Source: Octopus sinensis (lineage: Eukaryota). Taken from it: a stretch of DNA of 64,000 nt. Numbering within the stretch: position 1 is the stretch's first letter; each line of letters starts with the position of its first letter. Made by a program: the position numbers and the translations under genes. Positions 53,438 through 64,000 of this stretch are shown here, in pieces. Under the pieces are notes generated by a model that saw only the letters and a program-made list of their open reading frames with translations, did no database searches and had not been told where the DNA came from. The stretch is taken from contig NC_043001.1 of the NCBI RefSeq assembly GCF_006345805.1, forward strand, positions 12,338,001-12,402,000. Reading direction: 5' to 3'.

Positions 53438-53690
53438 TTCTCTTTTACTTGTTTCAGTCATTTGAGTGCGGCCATGCTGGAGCACCGCCTTTTTAATCGA
53501 CCAACTCGACCCCGGGACTTACTCTTTTGTAAGCCCAGTACTTATTCTATCAGTCTCTTTTGCCGAACCGCTAAGTAACGGGGACATAAACACACCAGCA
53601 TCGGTTGTCAAGCAATGCTAGGGGGACAAACACAGACACACAAACACACACATACATATATATATATATACATATATACGACAGGCTTCT
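53438..53690 (-). mobile_element. SINE family A 3' half
   Basis: Reverse complement of the tail through the internal microsatellite. Confidence 0.88.
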
Positions 53691-53768
53691 TATATATTTA
53701 TATATATATATTTGTATATACATACAGAAGCACACACAAACACACACACACACAGACACACAGACACC

Positions 53769-53802
<34 letters not shown>

Positions 53803-54417
53803 AATGCATGCATGCGTGTCTGTGACACTTGTTTTACAAGTCCTCACCAGCCAACAAACGTCCCGCACTGACTCACATTTTTACCACTGAATCCAAATTG
53901 CAGTCCATTAATGGGGCAGTTAGATTAGATATTTCGTGTATACCCTGTATCCTGGCTTACAGTTTTGCTCTTTTCTCTTGCCACATAATAATAATGATGC
54001 TCTCATTTACTATCTCTCACTTATTCGCGCACCTTTCTTTTTTCTGTTTCTCACATTCCAGTTGTTCTATTCATTCCCATAACGAGAAAGGTAGAGATTA
54101 AATTAATTATTATTATAAGTCAATTATCATTATAATTAACTTAATTGCATATTAACTTTATCCTCAGTCAAAAAAAAAGGAAATGAATCATTAGATGAGT
54201 TGCAACAGATGAAAATTATGTTGTTACAGGAGACTGCATTGAGTCAGTCTCAAATAACTCATTCAGATATTAATAAAAGGCTTGTGAAATATGAAATATC
54301 AAAACATGTTTAGGTAGTGTTGAGTCAAGTAATGTAAGAACTAAAACTAACTTTGAACCCCGCCAAAGTAAAATGTTTTAATTGAATTTAACATTTCTCG
54401 TATACATACATACATAC

Positions 54418-54758
<341 letters not shown>

Positions 54759-54759
54759 A

Positions 54760-55780
54760 TAACAGAAATCGACATAGAAACTTTGAGAAAAGTTCAACAC
54801 AACAACACACCTTCCCCGAAAATACTACCTTACATATCCACATACAACCCCAGAAACAAAGAAGCCTTCACCATCATCACCCAGAATTTACAAATACTTC
54901 ATAAGGACCCCAAATTAAAGGAAATTCTAAACATACACAAAATCATTAAAAGCTACAAACAATCTAAATCACTTAAAAAGATTCTCACAAAGGCAAAATT
55001 GTTTTCTGAAATTACGGATGCAAAAGTAAAAAAATGTGGTAGACCGAACTGTGCAACATGTCCAAACCTGCTAGAAGGATCAGAATTCCTCTTCAAAGAG
55101 GAACAGAAATTCAAGATCAACTCTAATTTTACTTGTGCCTCTGAAAACATAATTTATGTCATAAGATGCTCGGTCTGCCACCAAAACTACGTGGGGTCCA
55201 CGGGACTATCACTCAGACGTAGATGCACACTGCATCGACAACAGATTGCATTCCCAGAATACAGAATGATACCTTTTAGTGAGCACATTGAGAAATGCGC
55301 AAAGCAACTTCTACCACAATTTTAAATCTTTCCTTTTTACCAATATGCTATCGGAACACCAACACAAATTAGACTAAACAAGGAAACATTCTGTATTGAA
55401 AAATATAAGCCCAAACTTAACAAGTCCAACATTCTTATACAGACAAACTCACCCCCCCCCCAAAAAAAGGCAAGAAATATTAAGCGATTATCTCCCTTAC
55501 ACCGGAAGAAATCACTTATTACCTCCCCTTACCTGGAACTCTACTTTACACTTCTCAACGAAAACATAACGATGTAAGAAATTTGAAAAGCTGAACGCGA
55601 AACCGGTCATTTCTTCAAAAACTATGTCATTGTATGAAAAAAATTTATAACATTCTTCTGACATAATGACTCAAATATATATTTTTTAAACTTTTAAAAC
55701 AAGCCTTCTGTAGTTTTTTCACTTTTTACTATTTTCTATATATTCAACCACGTGCTTTCACACACCAACTTTCTCACCTA
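54760..55780 (+). mobile_element. Penelope-like element 3' end (Neptune-type Cys linker, GIY-YIG endonuclease, pseudo-LTR)
   Basis: LPYISTYNP..CGRPNCATC..NFTCASENIIYVIRCSVCHQNYVGSTG..LRRR..HR; premature stop at 55325; ends in (TA)n. Confidence 0.9.
55576..55615 (+). ncRNA. Minimal type I hammerhead ribozyme, U3-A8 variant
   Basis: AAGAAAU-UUGAAAA-GC-UGAAC-GC-GAAA-CCGGU-C|AUUUCUU: perfect 7-bp stem I, palindromic ACCGGU stem III, GUC site. Confidence 0.8.
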
Positions 55781-55849
55781 TATATATATATATATATATA
55801 CATCGATGATGTATTGTACCGTTGTATGGTGAATGTTGGAAGGGCATAC

Positions 55850-56620
55850 AAGAATGCGCCAATAGTTATCAACTACGACTCTCCTCATATCCCAATTAGC
55901 TAAGAAACTAGCTCTTCATATTCTATGACATCGTTAGGTACATATACACTGGTTGCCTAAATTTGTTCTTGCACGAAAGCTGTGCCACCAAAAACATTAT
56001 ATAAAAATTTGTGCCAGCAGAATGAAACTAGGTGTAGTACTATAGACAGCAATTACGTATTAGCAAAATGATCCACGAAAAAGCAGTACAATTATATGTG
56101 CTACAAGTCTGGATCAGGCGTTATGGAACGCCTGATCAAGACTTGGTTCGCCACGTTGGTCTTTAAGCTTGATAAGGAGCAAATTGAGTCGAGAGCATTG
56201 TCTACACAAAACGTATCCTTCAGATCATAGCACATCGATGTTGCTTTTCGTTCTCTCTTTAAACCCTCTATCATCGCATCACACAAAAGCAGGTGGCTAT
56301 AGAAAAGAACCCAGGAGTATCTCACACCTCTTCTTTGTCGACGAAATAACAATATACTGGCTAAGTAATAGCCATATTAATAGGGATTGGATCCCATTAC
56401 CTAATTTTATACATAGAATACAATGAAGTTTGGTGAATCCACATGTCCAATTTTGGCAAATAAACGTGGATAGTTTGTGTCATCCTCTGAAAACTTAAAA
56501 ATGAGCGGCATAACAATATATCCTTTGCGTTCAGGTGACACTTGTAGGTATTTGGACAAGATAATGATGGATCAATAATTAAGGAGATAATCAGGATTGT
56601 ATACACCAAGAAAGTAATGA
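55850..56620 (+). pseudogene. Decayed Dong/R4-type RT core
   Basis: LLFVLSLNPLS..GY..ISHLFFVDEITIY resembles SPLLFVLSLNPL..SHL.F.DD. Confidence 0.65.
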
Positions 56621-56751
56621 GAATATAGTCATCGCATTCAAGCCCTTTTTCCTGACTTCTACGGTCTAATTTTTTTCTTTTCTTTCATTTCTTTTTCATT
56701 TTCATTATATTATTTTGTCGTAGTTAAATCATGTACCAACATATCCATTAT

Positions 56752-57139
56752 GGATGGATGGAAGCACTCCGTCGGTTACGACGACGAGGGTTCCGGTTGA
56801 TCCGAATCAACGGAACAGCCTGCTCGTGAAATTAACGTGTAGGTGGCTGAGTATTCCACAGACACGTGTACCCTTAACGTAGTTCTCAGGGATATTCAGC
56901 GTGACACAGAGAGTGACAAGGCCGGTCCCTTGAAATACAGGTACAACAGAAACAGGAAGTAAGAATGAGAGAAAGTTGTGGTGAAAGAGTACAGCAGGGA
57001 TCACCACCATCCCCTGCAGGAGGCTCGTGGAGCTTTTAGGTGTTTTCGCTCAATAAACACTCACAAGGCCCGGTCTGGGAATCGAAACTGCGATCCTACG
57101 ACCGCGAGTCCGCTGCCCTAACCACTGGGCCATTGAGCC
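56752..57139 (-). mobile_element. SINE family C, full length
   Basis: Reverse complement of 14192-14575; TSD ACATATCCATTAT at 56739-56751 pairs with 60224-60236. Confidence 0.92.
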
Positions 57140-57417
57140 TTCTAAAAGCCTACAAAACACGTGTCTTAATGGAAACTATTATTAGGGGTTAGATTAAAAC
57201 ATAGGAGCGTATATTAAATGGTATTTATCTCTCACTGTATGGAGTCCTTTTTTATTATTACCTTAACGGAAAAATAAACTATTTATATATACACGTACAC
57301 ACACGCATGCACCTACTTACATGTATATGCATATATATAAATTTTATATGATAGTTTCAGCAAAAAAATTGCTTTACCACACACCGAACTTTTTGAAATA
57401 GCAGCCAAATTATTTAG
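56955..57417. repeat. Left copy of the direct duplication flanking the satellite (right copy 60040-60570)
   Basis: Colinear; the left copy lacks 72 bp (60221-60292). Confidence 0.9.
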
Positions 57418-60040
57418 TACCGACAGAGATCAAAGAGCGTGCCGACAGAGATGAAAAAAAGGGTGCCGACAGAGATCAAAGCGTATGCCGACGGAGATCA
57501 AAGAGGGTGCCGACAAAGATCAAAGGGGATACCGACAGAGATCAAAGGGTATGCCGACGGAGATCAAAGAGGGTGCTGACAGAGATCAAAGGGGTACCGA
57601 CAGTGATCACAGATGGTGCCGACAAAGATCAAAGGGGATGCCGACAGAGATCAAAGGGATGCCGACAAACATCAAAGAGGGTGCCGACAGTGATCAAAGA
57701 GAGTACCGACATAGATCAAAGAGGGTGCCGACAGAGATCAAAGGGGGTGCCGACAGAGATCAAAGAGGGTGCCGACAGAGATCAAAGGGGTGCCGACAGA
57801 GATCAAAGAGAGTGCCGACAGAGATCAAAGGGGTGCCGACAGAGATCAAAGACGGTGCTGACAAACCGGTTGACACCGGTTCAAACCAGATCAAACCGGT
57901 TCAAATCGGATCAAACCGGTTCTACCGGTTCAAACCGAATCCGACCGGCTCACACCGGTTCGAACCGGTTCAAACCGGGTCAAACCGGTTGAAACCGGTT
58001 CAAACCTGATCAAACCGGAACAGACCAGTTCAGACCGGAGCAAACCGGTTCAAAGATCAAATACGGTGCCGACAGAGATCAAAGACGGTGCCGACAGAGA
58101 TCAAAGAGAGTGCCGACAGAGATCAAAGGGGTTGCCGACAGAGATCAAAGGGGGTAACGACAGGGATCAAAGAGCGTGTCGACAGAGATCAAAAAGGGTG
58201 CCGACAGAGATCAAAGGGGTGCCGACAGAGATCAAAGAGAGTGCCGACAGAGATCAATGGGGATGCCGACAGAGATCAAAGGGGATGCCGACGGAGATCA
58301 TAGAGGGTGCCGACAGAGATCAAAGGGGTGCCGACAGAGATCACAGATGGTGCCGACAAAGATCAAAGGTGATGCCGACAGAGATCAATGGGATGGCGAC
58401 AGAGACCAAAGAGGGTGCGGACAGAGATCAAAGGGGGTGCCGACAAAGATCAAAGAGGGTGCCGACAGAGATCAAAGGGGTGCCTACAGAGATCACAGAT
58501 GGTGCCGACAAAGATCAAAGAGGGTGCCGACAGACATCAAAGGGAGTGTCGACAGAGATCAAAGAGAGCACCGACATCAAAGGGGTGCCGACAGAGATCA
58601 AAGAGGGTACCGACAGAGATCAAAGACGGTACCGACAAACCGGTTCAAACCGGTCCAAACCGGTCCAAACCGGTTCAAACCGGTTCAAACCGGTCCAAAC
58701 CGGATCAGACAGGTTCAAACCTGATCAAATCGGTTCAGAGCTGTTCAGACCGGATCAAACCGATTCAAAGATCAAAGAGGGTTTCGACAGAGATCAAAGG
58801 GGCGCCGACAGAGATCACAGATGGTGCCGACAAAGATCAAAGGGGATGCCGACAGAGATCAAAGGGTATGCCGACGGAGATCAAAGAGGGTGCCGACAGA
58901 GATCAAAGGGGTGCCGACAGTGATCACAGATGGTGCCGACAAAGAACAAAGAGGGTGTCGACAGAGATCAAAGGGAGTGCCGACAGAGATCAAAGGGATG
59001 CCGATAGAGACCAAAGAGGGTGCCGACAGAGATCAAAGGGGTGCCGACAGAGATCACAGATGGTGCCGACAAAGATCAAAGAGGGTGCCGACAGAGATCA
59101 AAGGGGTGCCGACAGAGATCAAAGACGGTGCCGTTAAACCGGTTCAAACCGGTTGAAACCGGATCAAACCAGTTCTAACTGGTTCAAACCGAATCCGACC
59201 GGTTCAAACCGGATCAAACCGGTTCACACCGGTTCAAACCAGATCAAACCGGATCAGACCTGTTCAGACCGGATCAAACCGGTTCAAACCGGTTCAAACC
59301 TGATCAAACCGGATCAGAGCTGTTCAGACCGGATCAAACCGGTTCAAAGATCAAAGACGGCACCGACAGAGATCAAAGACGGTGCCGACAGAGATCAAAG
59401 AGAATGCCGACAGAGCTCAAAGACGGTGCCGACAAACCGGTTCAAACCGGTTCAAACCGGATCAAACCGGTTCAAACCGGTTCAATCCGGATCAAACCGG
59501 TTCAAACCGAATCCGACCGGTTCAAACAGGTCCAAACCGGATCAAACCGTTTCAAACCGGTTCAAACCTGATCAAACCGGATTAGACCTGTTCAGACCGG
59601 ATCAAACCGGTTCAAAGATCAAAGACGGCTGCCGACAGAGATCAAAGGGGGTGCCGACAGAGATCAAAGGGTATGCCGACGGAGATCAAAGAGGGTGCCG
59701 ACAGAGATCAAAGATAGTGTCGGCAGACATCAAAGGTGGTGCCGACAGAGATTAAAGAGGGTGCCGACAGAGAACAAAGGGGTGTCGACAGAGATCAAAG
59801 AGTGTGCCGACCGAGACCAGAGATAGTTCCGACAGAGATCAAAGGGGATGCCGACAGAGATCAAAGGGGGTGCCGACAGAGATCAAAGAGGATGCCGACA
59901 GAAATCAAAGAGGGTGCCGACAGAGATCAAAGGGGTGCCGACAGAGATCAAAAACGGTACCGACAAACCGGTTCAAACCGGATCAAACCGGTTCAAACCA
60001 GATCAAACCGGTTCAAACCGAATCCGACCGGTTCAAACCG
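57418..60040. repeat. Composite higher-order minisatellite: 21/22-bp GTGCCGACAGAGATCAAAGAGG blocks alternating with 10-bp AAACCGGTTC blocks, five cycles
   Basis: 10-mer blocks at about 57863-58053, 58637-58768, 59135-59348, 59433-59615 and 59965-60040. Confidence 0.95.
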
Positions 60041-60223
60041 GAAGTAAGAATGAGAGAAAGTTGTGGTGAAAGAGTACAGCAGGGATCACCACCATCCCCT
60101 GCCGGAGGCTCGTGGAGCTTTTAGGTGTTTTCGCTCAATAAACACTCACAACGCCCGGTCTGGGAATCGAAACCGCGATCCTACGCGAGTCCGCTGCCCT
60201 AACCACTGGGCCATTGCGCCTCC
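60040..60223 (-). mobile_element. SINE family C 5' half (duplicated copy)
   Basis: Matches 56955-57139. Confidence 0.9.
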
Positions 60224-60496
60224 ACATATCCATTATAAAATAGAACTAAATATGTGCTTACAGCCTTAAAGATTGCTTGGAAACCAAAGCAGTTCTAAAA
60301 GCCTACAAAACACGTGTCTTAATGGAAACTATTATTAGGGGTTAGATTAAAACATAGGAGCGTATATTAAATGGTATTTATCTCTCACTGTATGGAGTCC
60401 TTTTTTATTATTACCTTAACGGAAAAATAAACTATTTATATATACACGTACACACACGCATGCACCTACTTACATGTATATGTATATATATAAAAT

Positions 60497-60765
60497 TTAT
60501 ATAATAGGTTCAGCAAAAAAATTGCTTTACCACACACCGAACTTTTAGAAATAGCAGCCAAATAATTTAGCTATTTCTTCTATTCTTTGGCTGCTATTTC
60601 CAAAAGTTCAGTGTGTGGTAAAGCAATTTTTTTGCTCAACCCTATTATATAATATAATGTTTAAATTTACCGTTAACTGGTTCTTTTAGATACAGAACAC
60701 TGCTTGGTAAAATTATTAATTACTAATTAATTAATTAATTTTACCCTTATTATCATTATTGTATA
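60497..60765 (+). mobile_element. Fold-back pseudo-LTR end (arms 60497-60562 and 60586-60650) of the 23.7-kb family
   Basis: Inverted arms followed by Y-type tail CTTTTAGATACAGAACACTGCTTGGT..TTAATTTTACCCTT. Confidence 0.75.
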
Positions 60766-60769
60766 TATT

Positions 60770-60955
60770 AACTCCTACACGCATTTTTTTTCTCTCCTTG
60801 TTTTTTTCTGTGTATTTTTCTGTCGAAGAGCGTAGGCTCGAAACGTAAAAGGCTTGTTCTATTTCTATTCCTGAGCGCCATACTAATACATTTGTTTGTT
60901 TGTACTCCACCTGCCTTAGTCTTTTGTTTATTTTCGTAAAGCTTCCTGTTACGTA
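60770..60955 (+). mobile_element. Penelope-type pseudo-LTR remnant with HHR (60816-60851, A6U)
   Basis: UUUU-CUGUCGA-A-GAGC-GUAG-GCUC-GAAA-CGU-A|AAAG. Confidence 0.65.
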
Positions 60956-60991
60956 TATGTATATATATTTACATATGTATATGTATGCATG

Positions 60992-61416
<425 letters not shown>

Positions 61417-61420
61417 TATA

Positions 61421-61459
<39 letters not shown>

Positions 61460-61462
<3 letters not shown>

Positions 61463-61673
61463 ATAATAAAGGGTGAAATTAATTAATTTAGAAATAATCA
61501 TTAATTTCACCAAGTAGAGTTCGGCATGTAAAAGTCCTATTCAAGGAATGTTTACGTAATACTAAGTAATTAAGGGTTCAGGAGCGATTTGCCTCACCAC
61601 ACACCGAATTTAGAAATAGCAGTCAAAAGGTTTTGGCTATTCTTTCTACTTTTAAGTAGAAAGAATAGCCAAA
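61460..61673 (-). mobile_element. Pseudo-LTR end of the 23.7-kb family capped by a perfect 20-bp hairpin
   Basis: Reverse complement of the X-Y end; TTTGGCTATTCTTTCTACTT-TT-AAGTAGAAAGAATAGCCAAA at 61632-61673. Confidence 0.7.
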
Positions 61674-62181
61674 CACACACGTATCTCACATTACACATGC
61701 ATGCCTACTCGCTTTTGCATATATATTTGTGTATGCACACTCCAGCCCCTTATATGTATATATATGTATGCATTCATTTCTAAGCGTATGTGATACATCA
61801 TACAATTTTATCTTTCAGCATTGCTATTGTGCTCTTTGTTTTTACCTTATCAAAATAAACACATTGGTCATTTATATGCACTTCTAGAGATGACCTACAT
61901 TTCGCTATTAATCTTATTATGTTTCATTACATTTCTCTTAATTTTATTCTGCTTAATGACATTTCTAATATATTCTACTTATAAATAAATAACCATTATA
62001 AATTTCTTATTCTCTTTTTATATAATTTTCTTAATTATTTTCATTTTAGAGTTTTGTCTATATATTTTTACACATCTATATTTCTACCTTGCTGTGCCTG
62101 TGGCTGTTTTCCTTGAAAAAAAGTTTTTTCTCATCTCATTTCAGCAAAATGAATTATCTATTTCGGATTGCTGTCTGCATT

Positions 62182-62210
62182 TCTATCTATCTATCTATCT
62201 ATCTATCTAA

Positions 62211-62267
<57 letters not shown>
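62182..62267. repeat. (ATCT)n microsatellite
   Basis: Seen directly. Confidence 0.97.
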
Positions 62268-62268
<1 letters not shown>

Positions 62269-62445
62269 GCTTCCATTGGTATGTGTGTGTTTCCGTATGT
62301 ATTGTAATATATATTTACATAAGCGTTGTCGGACTGCGTACCTGTACCACTTTTTATATATGTATATATATACATATATATATGTATGTATGCATGTATG
62401 TATGTATGTATATACATATACATATATATATGTATGTGTATATAC

Positions 62446-62480
<35 letters not shown>

Positions 62481-62954
62481 CATGCACATATACATACACA
62501 GAAATATATACATATATGTATGTATATATGTGTGTGTTCGTTGAATATGTGTATGTGTATGTGGCGCTTAAATGTTATAACTTAAATTTTGCATGTAACC
62601 GCAAGCGTAGATTCATTAACTCTATCAAAGCCTGAGTTATTTATATTGGCCAAATAACGTTTGGAGAAAACTAATGCTTCTGATGATCTACAAGATTCTT
62701 GGCAAAAAAAAAAAATATATATATATATACGCGAGGTGCCTCAAGTATTTTTTTGAGCAGAATTTGTACCATCAAATTTATAGTCACTTAGCAATGAACT
62801 GTCTAGATTTTGATCAAATATTTATAATATATATTAGTTGGGCATTACTGTATTTAATTGTGCGAGAAAATGAGTACTATTTTTAGATCACAAAGCATGT
62901 CTTATGTAAAAGTAGATGCTGCGACAAACTATAGGTTTATATACAAAAAAACAT

Positions 62955-63119
62955 GAGTAGCTGTGTGGTAAGTAGCTGGCTTCCGAACCACATGATTCCG
63001 AGTTCAGTCCCACTGCGTGGCCTCTTGGGCTAATGTCTTCTGCTATAGCCTCGGGCCGACCAAAAACCTTGTGAGTGGATTTGTTAGACGAAAACTAAAA
63101 GAAGCCCGTCGTATATATG

Positions 63120-63202
<83 letters not shown>

Positions 63203-63404
63203 TTGTGTGTCTGTGTTTGTCCCCCCAACATCGCTTGACAGCCGATGCTGGTGTGTTTACGTCCCCATAACTTAGCGATTCGGCAAAAGAGACCGATATA
63301 ATAAGTACTGGGCTTACAAAGAATAAGTACTGGGTTCGATTTGCTCGACTAAATTTGGTGCTCCAGCATGGCCACAGTCACATGACTGAAACAAGTAAAA
63401 GAGT
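62955..63404 (+). mobile_element. SINE family A, near full length
   Basis: Colinear with 668-1080; longer (TG)n. Confidence 0.92.
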
Positions 63405-64000
63405 AGAACCTCTAACGTATATTGCTGTTTATATTGAAAATCTGTTCTGATTACTTCAAATATTTGTAACCTAATAATTTGTAGATATTAAGGAACGATC
63501 TCTCTAAATTATATCAGAGAAAGAGATTTGCTCCTACACTAAGAACTACGTTCACTGATGTTAGTATTCTGGCTAATGTGGTGAGACGGACTAACAAGCG
63601 AGCAACATCGGAAACCGAAAGAAAAATAACTTTATACAGGTAGGCAACGAAATCGCATATTTAACATTTTCAGCATATTACGTGACAACTAAGTAAAGCG
63701 GCATCGTCCTACGAAGGTAATTTCGTTCGAATAATGCGACAGATGTGTTTTTATTGATGTAATCAGAATTGTTGAATTCACGAATACGTGAAAATCTGTG
63801 AGAACACTAGAAGTTTAAAAAAAAGGGATCACACCGCCATCCAAAAGAAAAAAATAATTACAACTATGGATGAATAATGTAGGAAAAGGTTTGGATATTT
63901 TATTAACCATTATATAAAGAAAGATAAGAATTAATATAACTCTGGAATATTTCAGTTTGAAAGGGCGCAATATTGCGGGTTGTTATAAGTATGGCAAAAT

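Noticed and set aside
57863-58053. 10-mer AAACCGGTTC derived from the hammerhead GAAACCGGU stem
   Set aside because: Only an 8-nt match, usually preceded by C rather than G, with no catalytic core; probably coincidence
57418-60040. CRISPR array
   Set aside because: The variable linkers are only 5-6 nt and recur, there are no unique spacers or cas genes, and the context is eukaryotic
57485-60124. Repetitive protein CDS (VPTEIKG/ADRDQRG/CRQRSK ORFs)
   Set aside because: Mixed 21, 22 and 10-bp units cycle through all frames; the frames are open because the + strand is T-poor, with no frame preservation

Overview
AT-rich, repeat-saturated animal (eukaryotic) DNA with one 100-N scaffold gap. The repeat mix (tRNA-derived SINEs with internal microsatellites, many Dong/R4-type LINE pieces in (TAA)n, dense (TA)n/(AAT)n/(ATCT)n) suggests an octopus-type cephalopod; this is an inference, not a database result. 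No host protein-coding gene is recognisable, and most ORF-track entries are microsatellite read-throughs. The content is mobile DNA: five SINE families (labelled A-E here), Dong/R4, CR1-type and RTE LINE fragments, a full-length mariner with TIRs, non-autonomous Helitrons plus RepHel remnants, a hAT MITE, a possible solo LTR and a Penelope-like (GIY-YIG) 3' end. The main hidden signal is about 12 minimal type-I hammerhead ribozyme (HHR) motifs. They lie in Penelope pseudo-LTR remnants with fold-back 5' ends, include a compensatory U3-A8 core variant in two families, and one occurs in a tRNA-headed SINE. Also notable is a 2.6-kb two-motif higher-order satellite (57.4-60.0 kb) between ~0.5-kb direct duplicates, with one breakpoint in a hairpin loop. 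Family labels are my own, and coordinates of degenerate copies are approximate.
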